Virus record (IMG/VR): IMGVR_UViG_2623621010_000003
DNA: 64,000 bases
Origin: an uncultured virus (IMG/VR IMGVR_UViG_2623621010_000003)
Taxonomy: Duplodnaviria; Heunggongvirae; Uroviricota; Caudoviricetes
Direction: 5' to 3' (one strand)
Each line of letters begins with the position of its first letter. The stretch's first letter is position 1. The notes under the pieces were generated by a model. It saw only the letters and a list, made by a program, of their open reading frames with translations, was not told where the DNA came from and did not search any database. The position numbers and the translations under genes are program-made. Below are positions 9,245 through 18,238 of the stretch, piece by piece.

Positions 9245-9272
9245 ATTACGTATAACGTGCATTATGTTAATG
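9245..9272 (+). other. XerC|XerD (pdif-like) site
   Basis: ATTACGTATAA-CGTGCA-TTATGTTAATG matches the 11-6-11 dif consensus. Confidence 0.85.
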
Positions 9273-9275
9273 CTT

Positions 9276-9686
9276 CTAATTGGCTTTGAAACTATATCCA
9301 AAATTTATGTGATCTAGATCTGTTTCATCAGTAAATAAAATCCCTAATACATATTTAAATCTTTCATATCTATCATAAATAGTTGGAATTCCCCAATCTT
9401 CATCTACGGTATATAATTCATGTTCTTTCAAAATAGAAAAATTATCCCAATCAGAAACAATCATTAATTGTGTGATCCTCATAACACCCCATAAAACATT
9501 TCGAGGAATCGGTGTATTCTTTGGATAATGAAAGTTGATACTTAATAAATCTTTTTCTAATTTCCAGTATTCAAGATCAGACCAAACACAGTAATCGAGC
9601 CACAAACCTATAAATGAATTAGGGTCATATATTCCTTCACCTAAAAAAGTTATATTTCTATTAAAGTTTTCAAACACAGTATTCAA
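9276..9686 (-). CDS. Imm41-like polymorphic-toxin immunity protein (moron)
   Basis: F.RN...YD..SFIG...W...EYWKLE motif pattern recalled for Imm41; AT-rich; no toxin nearby. Confidence 0.6.
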   Translation of the reverse strand: MNTVFENFNRNITFLGEGIYDPNSFIGLWLDYCVWSDLEYWKLEKDLLSINFHYPKNTPIPRNVLWGVMRITQLMIVSDWDNFSILKEHELYTVDEDWGIPTIYDRYERFKYVLGILFTDETDLDHINFGYSFKAN

Positions 9687-9739
9687 TCTCCAATTCTATT
9701 CATATTTACATCATATGTGCCATTTCGTGTAGTTTTACT

Positions 9740-9767
9740 ATTTAGCATAATGGCGATTATACGAAAT
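9740..9767 (-). other. XerD|XerC (pdif-like) site, inverted relative to 9245
   Basis: ATTTAGCATAA-TGGCGA-TTATACGAAAT. Confidence 0.87.
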
Positions 9768-9887
9768 TTTTAAGCTGCCTAAATTGTTATCGTTTTCAAA
9801 TTAACATTATTGATCAAATCACATATCTCTTCCAAAGAAATAAAGGTTTGATTCCTCAATTTTGACACATTCAAATCATACTTCCTT

Positions 9888-9910
9888 TTTGTAGCATCCC
9901 CTCTTACAAA
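9888..9910. promoter_or_regulatory. Ogr-type late-promoter box (O side)
   Basis: Identical to 9112-9134. Confidence 0.75.
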
Positions 9911-9988
9911 TCCAATTTATTTACTAATCCCGTCGGACTTTTAATGATGCTCATTATTTGATGAGTAAATTCCAGAACGGTTAAACAC

Positions 9989-10810
9989 ATGACAAATAAA
10001 TCTAAGTTCTTTCGTGTTGCAGTCGAAGGAGAAACTATTGATAAGCGCGTGATTGAACGCTCTTGGATTGAACAAGCTGCAAAAAACTACAACCAGTCTG
10101 TATATGGCGCTCGTATTTGGGTTGAACACTTACGTGGTGTCATGCCCGATTCTTCCTTCCGTGCTTATGGTGATGTACTTGCTGCAAAAGCCGAAGAAGT
10201 CGACATTAACGGTGAAAAGAAACTGGCATTGTTTGCACAAATTGATGCAACTGCCGACTTGGTCGAAATGAACAAAAAGCGTCAGAAGATTTTCACCAGT
10301 ATTGAAATTGACCCGAACTTCCAAGGCAAAGGCGAAGCCTATTTGGTGGGCTTGGCTGTGACCGATTCTCCTGCCTCTATTGGCACTGAAAAATTGAGCT
10401 TTTCCAGTATGGTTGCCAAATTTGGTGAAAATGCTGAAAAGAATGTCTTCTCCATTGCTGAAGAAACCCACATTGAATTTGAAGATGACAGCAAAGGCTT
10501 ATTTGCAGGAATGGTTCAGAAGTTCAGTGACCTGTTCTCCCCGCAAATTGAACAACAAGGTGCCGAAGCCAAACTGAACTTTACTGAAGTCAAAAAAGTA
10601 CTCGAGCAAATTGCAGAAACCTTTGGCAAGCAAAGTACGGCTTTCTCAAAAATGCAGCAGGAACTGAATGAGCTGCAAACCAAGTACAGCGAACTTGAGC
10701 AAAAGCACAATGCCCTTTCAGATTCATTCAATCATCAACCTGACCCAAATCATCACAAGCGACCTGAAAGCACTGGGCATTCGGGCAGTAATGCTGCTGT
10801 TGTTTATTAA
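9989..10810 (+). CDS. O: capsid scaffolding protein (gpO)
   Basis: KFFRVAVEGETID.R, YGARIWVEH, YLVGLAVTDSPASIGTE. Confidence 0.95.
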   Translation: MTNKSKFFRVAVEGETIDKRVIERSWIEQAAKNYNQSVYGARIWVEHLRGVMPDSSFRAYGDVLAAKAEEVDINGEKKLALFAQIDATADLVEMNKKRQKIFTSIEIDPNFQGKGEAYLVGLAVTDSPASIGTEKLSFSSMVAKFGENAEKNVFSIAEETHIEFEDDSKGLFAGMVQKFSDLFSPQIEQQGAEAKLNFTEVKKVLEQIAETFGKQSTAFSKMQQELNELQTKYSELEQKHNALSDSFNHQPDPNHHKRPESTGHSGSNAAVVY

Positions 10811-10827
10811 TACGGAATTCTTTAATC

Positions 10828-11838
10828 ATGCGTAACGATACACGTAAAAAGTTTAATCACTACATGGGCGAAGTCGCCCGCATTAACGAAGTGGACAGTG
10901 CAGCGGTTCAGTTCACTGTTGCCCCGACGCCTTCACAAAAGCTTGAAGAAAAGATTCAGCTTTCTAGCGAATTTCTGGGTCGTATCAATGTCATTGAAGT
11001 GGTTGAAGCGACAGGTCAAGCCATTGGTCTTTCTGTAAATAGCACCATTGCAGGTCGTACTGATACCACAGGTGATGCCAAACGTAATCCATCCGATCCG
11101 ACAGGTTTATCGGCAAATACCTATGCCTGCCAAAAGACCGACTTCGATATTGCCTTGCTCTACTCAAAAATTGATGCCTGGGCAAAGTTTGCTGACTTCC
11201 CTGAAAAATGGGCAGGTGCTTGTGCCAAAGCCATTGGTTTAGACCGCATCATGATTGGCTGGAATGGGACAAGCATTGCAGCAACCACCAACCGCAACAC
11301 CAATCCATTGCTGCAAGATGTCAACGAAGGCTGGCTACATAAAATTCGTACCCGTAGCCCTGAACGCAACATGACCGAAGTTGTAGTGGGTTCAGGAAAA
11401 ATCACCGTTGGTCCTACAGGTGACTATAAAAACTTGGATGCCTTGGTCAAACAGTCAGTTGATAGCTTGATTGATGAAGTACATCAAGATGCGACTGACC
11501 TTGTAGTGATTTGTGGTCGTTCATTATTGAACGATAAAAACTTTGCCATTTTGAACCAAGACCAAGACAACCAAAACACACTTGCGGGTCAGGTTTTGGT
11601 AGGTCAAAAACAGATTGGTGGCTTACCAGCAGTTCGCGTGCCGTTCTTCCCAGACAATGCCTTCCTGATCACCTCTCTCGACAACCTGTCTATTTACTAC
11701 CAAGAAGGTGGCAAACGTCGCTTCATTCGTGAAGAACCTGAGAAAAACCGTGTTGCTGACTATCAATCAAGCAACGAAGACTATGTGATTGAAGCCTATG
11801 AAAAAGTGGCTTTAGTTGAAAACATTGAAGTCCTGTAG
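10828..11838 (+). CDS. N: major capsid protein (gpN)
   Basis: ALDRIMIGWNG-like, NPLLQDVNEGWL, IGGLPAVRVPFFP, LDNLSIY. Confidence 0.96.
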   Translation: MRNDTRKKFNHYMGEVARINEVDSAAVQFTVAPTPSQKLEEKIQLSSEFLGRINVIEVVEATGQAIGLSVNSTIAGRTDTTGDAKRNPSDPTGLSANTYACQKTDFDIALLYSKIDAWAKFADFPEKWAGACAKAIGLDRIMIGWNGTSIAATTNRNTNPLLQDVNEGWLHKIRTRSPERNMTEVVVGSGKITVGPTGDYKNLDALVKQSVDSLIDEVHQDATDLVVICGRSLLNDKNFAILNQDQDNQNTLAGQVLVGQKQIGGLPAVRVPFFPDNAFLITSLDNLSIYYQEGGKRRFIREEPEKNRVADYQSSNEDYVIEAYEKVALVENIEVL

Positions 11839-11845
11839 GTGATCT

Positions 11846-12529
11846 ATGAACCATGCACGTAATCACTTCCTTCGCGTTTTAGCAGAGAAATCTGCTAAGG
11901 CGGATGCCTTTGGAGCAACCCGCCAAGATGCTTCCGTTTACCAACTTCAACTGGCTGAACTAAAAAACGATAAATCACTGCTTTCACACATTAAATCGGA
12001 TGAAAGCCGTGCTGATGCAAAAGCCAAACTGATTCCAAAATACCAGCCTTATGTCGAAGGCATTTTAGCTGCCAATCAAAAGGTGGAAGACGAAGTTGTC
12101 ACCACTATCATGCTGTGGTGTTTTGATGCTGGCATGTTCGAGCAAGGCTTAAAAATAGCTGTGTTTGCTTTAGAGCATGGTTTGGATATGCCCGATTCCT
12201 TTAGCCGTGATACTCCAAGTATTGTGGCAGAAGAGATTGCCAATGCAGCTTTGAGCAAACTGAAAGCGGGTGACGTATTTGATTTAAATATTTTGCTTCA
12301 AGCGGAACAGCTCACTGAAAGCTATGACCTGCACGACCCAATTCGCGCCAAGTTGTACTGTGCAATTGGCAAGATTTTTCTCTCTGTCGAGAACTATGCG
12401 CCTGCCATTGAGTACATGAAAAAAGCCATTGCCAAGAAAGACAATGTCGGCTGTAAGCAAGACCTTGATCGTGCTGAAAAGCTCTTGGCCAAACAATTAG
12501 AGGAACAGCAAGCTGCTGCGTCTTCTTAA
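11846..12529 (+). CDS. M: terminase endonuclease subunit (gpM)
   Basis: LIPKY.PYVEG, MLWCFDAG, RAKLY, VGCKQD; gene order. Confidence 0.9.
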   Translation: MNHARNHFLRVLAEKSAKADAFGATRQDASVYQLQLAELKNDKSLLSHIKSDESRADAKAKLIPKYQPYVEGILAANQKVEDEVVTTIMLWCFDAGMFEQGLKIAVFALEHGLDMPDSFSRDTPSIVAEEIANAALSKLKAGDVFDLNILLQAEQLTESYDLHDPIRAKLYCAIGKIFLSVENYAPAIEYMKKAIAKKDNVGCKQDLDRAEKLLAKQLEEQQAAASS

Positions 12530-12618
12530 CCTGTGCCCCCCGCACCTGGTCGGCATGATGGGGATGACAAAACTTTTAAGTTGTTGTTCTGAACCATCAT
12601 CCACCGACCACCTAGGAT

Positions 12619-13077
12619 ATGACGATGACTGGTTTTAGCTTTAATGCCCCAACCACCACACCAGATGAGCTGATTGTGAATGATAGCTTCTTTCCCAATC
12701 TGCAATTGAACCTGATCCGTGAATCCGTGCGCTTAGATGGCAGTGTTTCTAATGCTCGTCTGAAAGATGCAGCTATCGCAGCCATATTGGAAATTAACGA
12801 CCAACTACGCGCACTCAAATTTAAAGCGGCAACGCTCAACGAACTTGCAACATCCACGATCGATGGCAAACCCAACACTGAACTGTTGTATTTACGGGCA
12901 GTTCATTCAGCCATTGCCGCAGACATTAATGAAAAATATCGAAGCTATGACAGCACCAGTGATGCTCAGAAACGTGCTGAACAATTAGCACCGACCATTG
13001 ATGACCATCGACGTAACTTACGTTGGGCTATCCGGGACTTGTTGGGGACAAGTCGCTGTACTGTGGAATTGATATGA
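12619..13077 (+). CDS. L: head completion protein (gpL)
   Basis: FFP, RLDGSV, YRSYD, RWAIRDLLG..RCTVELI. Confidence 0.92.
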   Translation: MTMTGFSFNAPTTTPDELIVNDSFFPNLQLNLIRESVRLDGSVSNARLKDAAIAAILEINDQLRALKFKAATLNELATSTIDGKPNTELLYLRAVHSAIAADINEKYRSYDSTSDAQKRAEQLAPTIDDHRRNLRWAIRDLLGTSRCTVELI

Positions 13078-13283
13078 AAAAAGTGAAGTCTGTTCAGGGG
13101 GACACGATTGATCTGATCTGCTGGCGTTATTACGGTCGCACTGCGGGTGTCACAGAAACTGTATTGGAATATAACCCTGATCTGGCTGAACAAGGACCAA
13201 TACTCACGCTGGGCACAGAAGTGATTTTGCCTGATATCCCTACGCAACAGCAGACAACAAAAACAATTAACTTATGGGATTAA
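13074..13283 (+). CDS. X: tail protein X
   Basis: QGDTIDLICWRYYG...NP.LAE.GP...INLWD. Confidence 0.92.
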   Translation: MKKVKSVQGDTIDLICWRYYGRTAGVTETVLEYNPDLAEQGPILTLGTEVILPDIPTQQQTTKTINLWD

Positions 13284-13285
13284 GC

Positions 13286-13645
13286 ATGCCTGAACCAACT
13301 GCTACAACCACCACCGCAACAGCCCTCAGTCTAAGTGCTGTCTCCATTCTGCCCTTTATTAACGGCAATGCCTTACTGGGCGCTGTATTGGGTGCTGCAT
13401 TTATTGCGACCTATGAAAAAGACTTATCGGCATGGCAACGTTTACGCACCATGTTGCTTTCGACAGGTATTGGCTACTTACTTGCCCCTGAAATTACCAG
13501 TCGAACCTTTATCACCAGTGATGCCACTGCTGCCCTGATTGCATCGACCTTCTCTCTGTTCATTTTGGTGAAGGCCGTAGATTGGGTAAAGGCATCCAAA
13601 CTTTCTGACATTTGGAAAACTTTTCGAGGTGGAGGTGCCTCATGA
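13286..13645 (+). CDS. putative holin
   Basis: Multi-TM, MPEP..., lysis cassette position. Confidence 0.7.
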   Translation: MPEPTATTTTATALSLSAVSILPFINGNALLGAVLGAAFIATYEKDLSAWQRLRTMLLSTGIGYLLAPEITSRTFITSDATAALIASTFSLFILVKAVDWVKASKLSDIWKTFRGGGAS

Positions 13646-13914
13646 TCGAACTCTTATTTCAAACCATTGCTGTTTTAGCCTATCTCTTTTGTGGTGTTCG
13701 TATTGTCTGCTTTAGCCGTGATGAAACATCATTTCACCGTGGCTATTCTTGGCTTGCAGCTTTACTGATTGCCTCATTCCTTGGGCAGTCTGTGCACATT
13801 CTTTTCTTTAAAGATCCTGTCACCCTATGGGATGCCATCTTCGCCATATTACTTGCCCTGATTGTGCTACGGAGTCGCGGTAATGTTGCCAAACTGATCT
13901 GGAGTCCATCATGA
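13642..13914 (+). CDS. phage holin-family membrane protein
   Basis: 3 TM segments, [16 protein letters not shown]-terminus. Confidence 0.7.
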   Translation: MIELLFQTIAVLAYLFCGVRIVCFSRDETSFHRGYSWLAALLIASFLGQSVHILFFKDPVTLWDAIFAILLALIVLRSRGNVAKLIWSPS

Positions 13915-14765
13915 AATTATTGAAGTTTGGAGCTAAAGGTTCAGCCGTTTCTGAGCTACAGCAACTCCTGATTAAACACAGCATGAAGGGGAAAAATAAC
14001 AAGTTACTTTCTGTGGATGGTGATTTTGGCGAAAGCACTGAATATGCCGTGATTCAATTCCAGAAGAAGATAGGCATTAAAGTGGATGGCATTGTCGGGA
14101 ATGCAACACTCAATGCCCTCAAAGGTCTAGACATCTCTAAGCACTTAAAAGATGAGGACTTAACGACTGGTGCAAAACGTCTAGATGTCCCTGAAATTGT
14201 CATTCGCGCAATTGCTGAAGTTGAAACACTTGGTGATGGTTACTTGCCTGATGGTCGACCAAAAATTCTATTTGAACGTCACCGTATGTATTTCTATCTC
14301 AGCCAGAAACGTGGAAAAGACTTTGCTGACCAAATGATGAAGCAGTACCCCAATGTCGTGAACACCCAGACTGGTGGCTACCATGGCAATGCTGCTGAAT
14401 ACACCCGTTTGACTTTGGCCAAACAAATTGATGAAGACTGTGCCCTAATGTCTGCTTCTTGGGGACGTTTTCAATTGATGGGTGAAAACTGGAAAGACCT
14501 TGGCTATTCATCTGTACAAGAATTTATCAAACAGCACTATCAAAGTGAAAGCCTACAGTTTGAAGCTTTTCTACGTTTCTGCGAGTTCAAGTCAGGTACG
14601 GTCGCTGGCAAAAAGTGGACTTTACTGGAGGCATTACGCCAGGAGAACTGGGATGCTGTATTTAGTCTGTATAACGGTCGCAATTATAAAAAACTCGGCT
14701 ATGACACCAAGTTTCTTCGCGTTATGAACCGCCTAGATCCTAGCAATCAGAGCAATGTAGCATGA
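13911..14765 (+). CDS. endolysin: PG-binding domain + N-acetylmuramidase (DUF3380-like)
   Basis: VDGDFG..T..AV..FQ...[32 protein letters not shown]. Confidence 0.92.
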   Translation: MKLLKFGAKGSAVSELQQLLIKHSMKGKNNKLLSVDGDFGESTEYAVIQFQKKIGIKVDGIVGNATLNALKGLDISKHLKDEDLTTGAKRLDVPEIVIRAIAEVETLGDGYLPDGRPKILFERHRMYFYLSQKRGKDFADQMMKQYPNVVNTQTGGYHGNAAEYTRLTLAKQIDEDCALMSASWGRFQLMGENWKDLGYSSVQEFIKQHYQSESLQFEAFLRFCEFKSGTVAGKKWTLLEALRQENWDAVFSLYNGRNYKKLGYDTKFLRVMNRLDPSNQSNVA

Positions 14766-15292
14766 AAAAGCCCAATAACCTTCGAGAGTATTTGGTGAGC
14801 CATCTGAAGTTTCTTCAGGATAATCCAGACAAACTCAGCATGCATATTGAAAGTGGTCGCTATCGTTCTACCCTTGCCAACGGCTACGGCATGGAAAGCA
14901 TTTCTCCTGTGAAGTTCATTATTCAGGACTTCACGGGGGATCCCGACTTGATTGCCTTCTTGCTATTTCAATGGCTGCGGGTGAATCAGTCTGAATTGCT
15001 CGCCAATTTAGACAAGAACAAGAATGCTGTGAAGTTTGAAGCTGAATTTCTGGACAATGACAAAGCCGATGTGATGTTTGAATTTGAGCTGACAGAACGT
15101 GTGATTATTCAAAGACAAGACAATGGCAGCTACAATTTTTCTTATCCTGATGAACCTCAATATTCACCAGCATTGCCCGTGACCGAGTGTGAAATGGCCG
15201 ATGAGCAAGGCAATATTCTAGCAACATGGACCAGTATTGAGCCTTCTAATACTGTTGCACTTGAAATGCCTTTGGCAAAAAAACCTCAGTGA
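14762..15292 (+). CDS. R: tail completion protein (gpR)
   Basis: MKKP..LR, NPDKL, WLR.NQ.EL, LTERV. Confidence 0.88.
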   Translation: MKKPNNLREYLVSHLKFLQDNPDKLSMHIESGRYRSTLANGYGMESISPVKFIIQDFTGDPDLIAFLLFQWLRVNQSELLANLDKNKNAVKFEAEFLDNDKADVMFEFELTERVIIQRQDNGSYNFSYPDEPQYSPALPVTECEMADEQGNILATWTSIEPSNTVALEMPLAKKPQ

Positions 15293-15300
15293 GTTAAACC

Positions 15301-15741
15301 ATGCGTGAAAACTTAGATAATTTGGTTAAATACCTGACGCCATTACTGAATAAACTCAGTGATGGCGAAATGTCTAAACTGAATAAAAAAGTCGGTGCAG
15401 ATTTGAGACAGAGCCAACAACAACGGATTGCGGCTCAACTTAATCCCGATGGTTCTAGCTATACTCCAAGACGGTTACGAGACGGTAAACGGATCCGTCG
15501 CAAAATGTTTACCAAATTACGTGCTCAACGTTATTTCAGAAACTTCTCCAATGCCGACAAAGTCAGTGTTGGGTTTTTAACTAATGTCGTTTTTGTGGCA
15601 CGTATTCATCAAGAAGGTTTACGTTCTCGCGTCAGTCAAAATGGCCCTACTATTACCTACCCCAAACGTGAACTGTTAGGCTTCACACCAACTGATATTC
15701 AATTGATTGAAGACTCTGTAATGCGACACTTAAAAACTTAA
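15301..15741 (+). CDS. S: virion morphogenesis protein (gpS)
   Basis: LRQSQQQRIAAQ.NPDGS.Y.PR, ARIHQ.G, YP.RELLG. Confidence 0.9.
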   Translation: MRENLDNLVKYLTPLLNKLSDGEMSKLNKKVGADLRQSQQQRIAAQLNPDGSSYTPRRLRDGKRIRRKMFTKLRAQRYFRNFSNADKVSVGFLTNVVFVARIHQEGLRSRVSQNGPTITYPKRELLGFTPTDIQLIEDSVMRHLKT

Positions 15742-15768
15742 CTTTGTCGCTAAAATGAAGAAGTTCTA

Positions 15769-15791
15769 TTTGTAATATCCCCTCTTACAAA
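15769..15791. promoter_or_regulatory. Ogr-type box upstream of V
   Basis: TTTGTAATATCCCCTCTTACAAA. Confidence 0.75.
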
Positions 15792-15835
15792 TTGCCATTA
15801 ATGCAAGACACACAGCCTTAACGCAAAGTAGGCAC

Positions 15836-16465
15836 ATGAGTGCTGAAATCCATCGTCGCTTAGAAAATTTGATCCGTTTAGGTCGAATTAAAAGCGTTAC
15901 CCCTGCTAAACCTTTTCATACAGTCACTGTCGATCTAGGCGATATCGTGACTGATGAATTACGTCTATTCAATCTTCGTGCAGGTGCAGACCTGAGCCAT
16001 GACTTACCTAGTATCAATGAAGAGTGTGTGGTCTTTAGCCCTACAGGTGAGCTGACGCTCGGCATTGTTTTGGTGGGTTTAAATAATGAAGCGTTTCCCA
16101 CTCCGTCATTGAATCCCAACATCAAATTAAGAGTTTATGAAGATGGTGCCATGATCAGCTATGACACAGCCAACCATTCCTTACAGGCAATTCTTCCGAA
16201 TGGCAGTACTGCCATTCTCACCGCAACTGGAGGAATTACCGTGAATGGTGACACCACCATCAATGGAAATCTGCAAGTGAATGGCAGCACAGCAATGACT
16301 GGCAATAACACCGTAGGCGGTAGCCAACTCGTTCAAGGCAGCAGCCATTCTTCAGGTAACTTTAGTACCGAAGCTGATGTAAAAGCTGGAAGCATTAGCC
16401 TGAAAAATCATAAACATGGTGGGGTTCAAGCGGGTGGCTCTGATACAGGAGTATCCAAAGCATGA
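15836..16465 (+). CDS. V: baseplate spike (gpV)
   Basis: RRLENLIRLG, YEDGA.ISYD, C-terminal H.HGGV. Confidence 0.93.
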   Translation: MSAEIHRRLENLIRLGRIKSVTPAKPFHTVTVDLGDIVTDELRLFNLRAGADLSHDLPSINEECVVFSPTGELTLGIVLVGLNNEAFPTPSLNPNIKLRVYEDGAMISYDTANHSLQAILPNGSTAILTATGGITVNGDTTINGNLQVNGSTAMTGNNTVGGSQLVQGSSHSSGNFSTEADVKAGSISLKNHKHGGVQAGGSDTGVSKA

Positions 16466-16806
16466 TGTCACGTGAAACTGGTCAAAGCCTTGATGTGATT
16501 CCCCATATCAAACAATCCATTCAAGACATTCTCTTTACCCCAATTGGTAGCCGCGTGATGCGTCGTGAATATGGCTCCATGATTTTCAAACTGATTGACC
16601 AACCCTTTAATGACGCTGTGCGTCTGCAAGTCATGGCAGCCAGTGCTACAGCCATTATGACTTGGGAAGACCGAGTCAAACTGACCAGTGCCAAGTTTTC
16701 CAAAGCCGAAGATAGTCGCTTCCAGATTGACCTAGAAATGCAGCTCGTCGGTACAGATCAAACCAAGAAACTCTCTATTCCTTTAAATTACGGGTCTTCG
16801 CTATGA
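16462..16806 (+). CDS. W: baseplate protein (gpW/gp25)
   Basis: HIKQSIQDIL.TPIGSRVMRREYGS. Confidence 0.93.
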   Translation: MMSRETGQSLDVIPHIKQSIQDILFTPIGSRVMRREYGSMIFKLIDQPFNDAVRLQVMAASATAIMTWEDRVKLTSAKFSKAEDSRFQIDLEMQLVGTDQTKKLSIPLNYGSSL

Positions 16807-17708
16807 GTGTTGATTTTTCGCAATTGATTCAACCAGATATCATCGAAGAAATTGACTTTGAAGCTCTATATACCGAGCGTAAAGAAGCACTTATTCAGCT
16901 CTGGCCAAGCGAAGAGCAACCCTCTATTCGCCAAACGCTGACACGTGAAAGTGAACCTCTGGTTAAACTGGTTCAAGAAAACTGTTATCGGGAAATGATT
17001 TTACGGAATCGGATTAATCAGGCTGCTCGTGCCCTGTTATTGGCTTATGCAACAAAAAATGATTTAGACCAACTCGGCGCTAACTTCAATGTTAAACGTC
17101 TAGTTGTTTCTCCAGCCGATAATTCCACTACACCACCAACTGAAGCTGTCATGGAATCAGACGATGCTTTCCGTGAACGGATTCAACTGGCTTTTGATAC
17201 CTTATCTGTTGCAGGACCTGAAGCAGCTTATAAGAAATTTGCCCGTGATGCCGATGGTCGTGTCGGTGATGTTTCAGTGGTTTCACCTCAACCAGCCTAT
17301 GTCACTTTAACCATTTTACAAGCGGACTCTTTGACTGGAGCTGCTTCTCCAGAACTGGTTCAAATTGTCACAAATGCGGTGACCGCAGAAGATGTTCGTC
17401 CTATTGGTGATCGTGTAACTGTTCAATCGGCTTCAATTATTAACTATGCCATTAATGCCAAACTCTACATTGGCAAAGATCCAGAAGCAGCAACGCTATT
17501 GCAACAAGCAATTGCCAATGTAACTGCCTACGCCACCAAACAAAAACGATTAGGTAGATCCATTCGTATGTCTGCAATCTATGCAGCTTTACATATTGAT
17601 GGTGTAAATCGAGTCGAATTGATTAGCCCTACGGCAGATGTTGTATTAACACCTGCCCAAGCATCCTATTGCACCAGTATTTCAGTAATGATCGGAGGGG
17701 TTGAATGA
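16803..17708 (+). CDS. J: baseplate protein J
   Basis: SEPLVKL, RINQAARA, LSVAGPEAAY, VRPIGDRVTV. Confidence 0.94.
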   Translation: MSVDFSQLIQPDIIEEIDFEALYTERKEALIQLWPSEEQPSIRQTLTRESEPLVKLVQENCYREMILRNRINQAARALLLAYATKNDLDQLGANFNVKRLVVSPADNSTTPPTEAVMESDDAFRERIQLAFDTLSVAGPEAAYKKFARDADGRVGDVSVVSPQPAYVTLTILQADSLTGAASPELVQIVTNAVTAEDVRPIGDRVTVQSASIINYAINAKLYIGKDPEAATLLQQAIANVTAYATKQKRLGRSIRMSAIYAALHIDGVNRVELISPTADVVLTPAQASYCTSISVMIGGVE

Positions 17709-18235
17709 GCCAATTACTCCCTCCGAATAGCACTCAATTCGAGCGAAATGTCACAGCAGTCACATCACAAAATAGTGCCTTATCTGTAGCAATCAAAACA
17801 CTGGCTTCCATCGATGATGCGCCAGATCCATTTTTATCATTTCTTGCTTGGCAGTATTCAGTCGACTCATGGGACACCAGTTGGCAACCGTCATTACAGC
17901 GTCAACTAATTAAAAAATCCTTTCGCCAACATCAAATTAAAGGAACGCGTCAGGCGGTTCGTGAAGTACTGGCACAGTTTGGCTATCAGTGCATTTTCAA
18001 AGAATGGTTCGAAGCCACCCCGATGGGTACACCAGGAACTTTCACCTTAGAACTGGATCTCAATGGTTTGGAACTGACCGAGGACACCTATGCCGAAGTG
18101 AATCGGCTTGTGAAAGATGCAAAGCCTGCCAGTCGGCACCTCACCAATTTAATTATTAACGTTCAACCCATCTGTATTCCGCGAGTTGCTGTCGGCACTC
18201 ATGGCGCGGAAACAGTCACAATTTATGTCGAGTAG
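17705..18235 (+). CDS. I: tail protein I
   Basis: LLPPNST, LAWQYSVDSWD, KGT, DAKPASRHL. Confidence 0.93.
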   Translation: MSQLLPPNSTQFERNVTAVTSQNSALSVAIKTLASIDDAPDPFLSFLAWQYSVDSWDTSWQPSLQRQLIKKSFRQHQIKGTRQAVREVLAQFGYQCIFKEWFEATPMGTPGTFTLELDLNGLELTEDTYAEVNRLVKDAKPASRHLTNLIINVQPICIPRVAVGTHGAETVTIYVE

Positions 18236-18238
18236 ATT

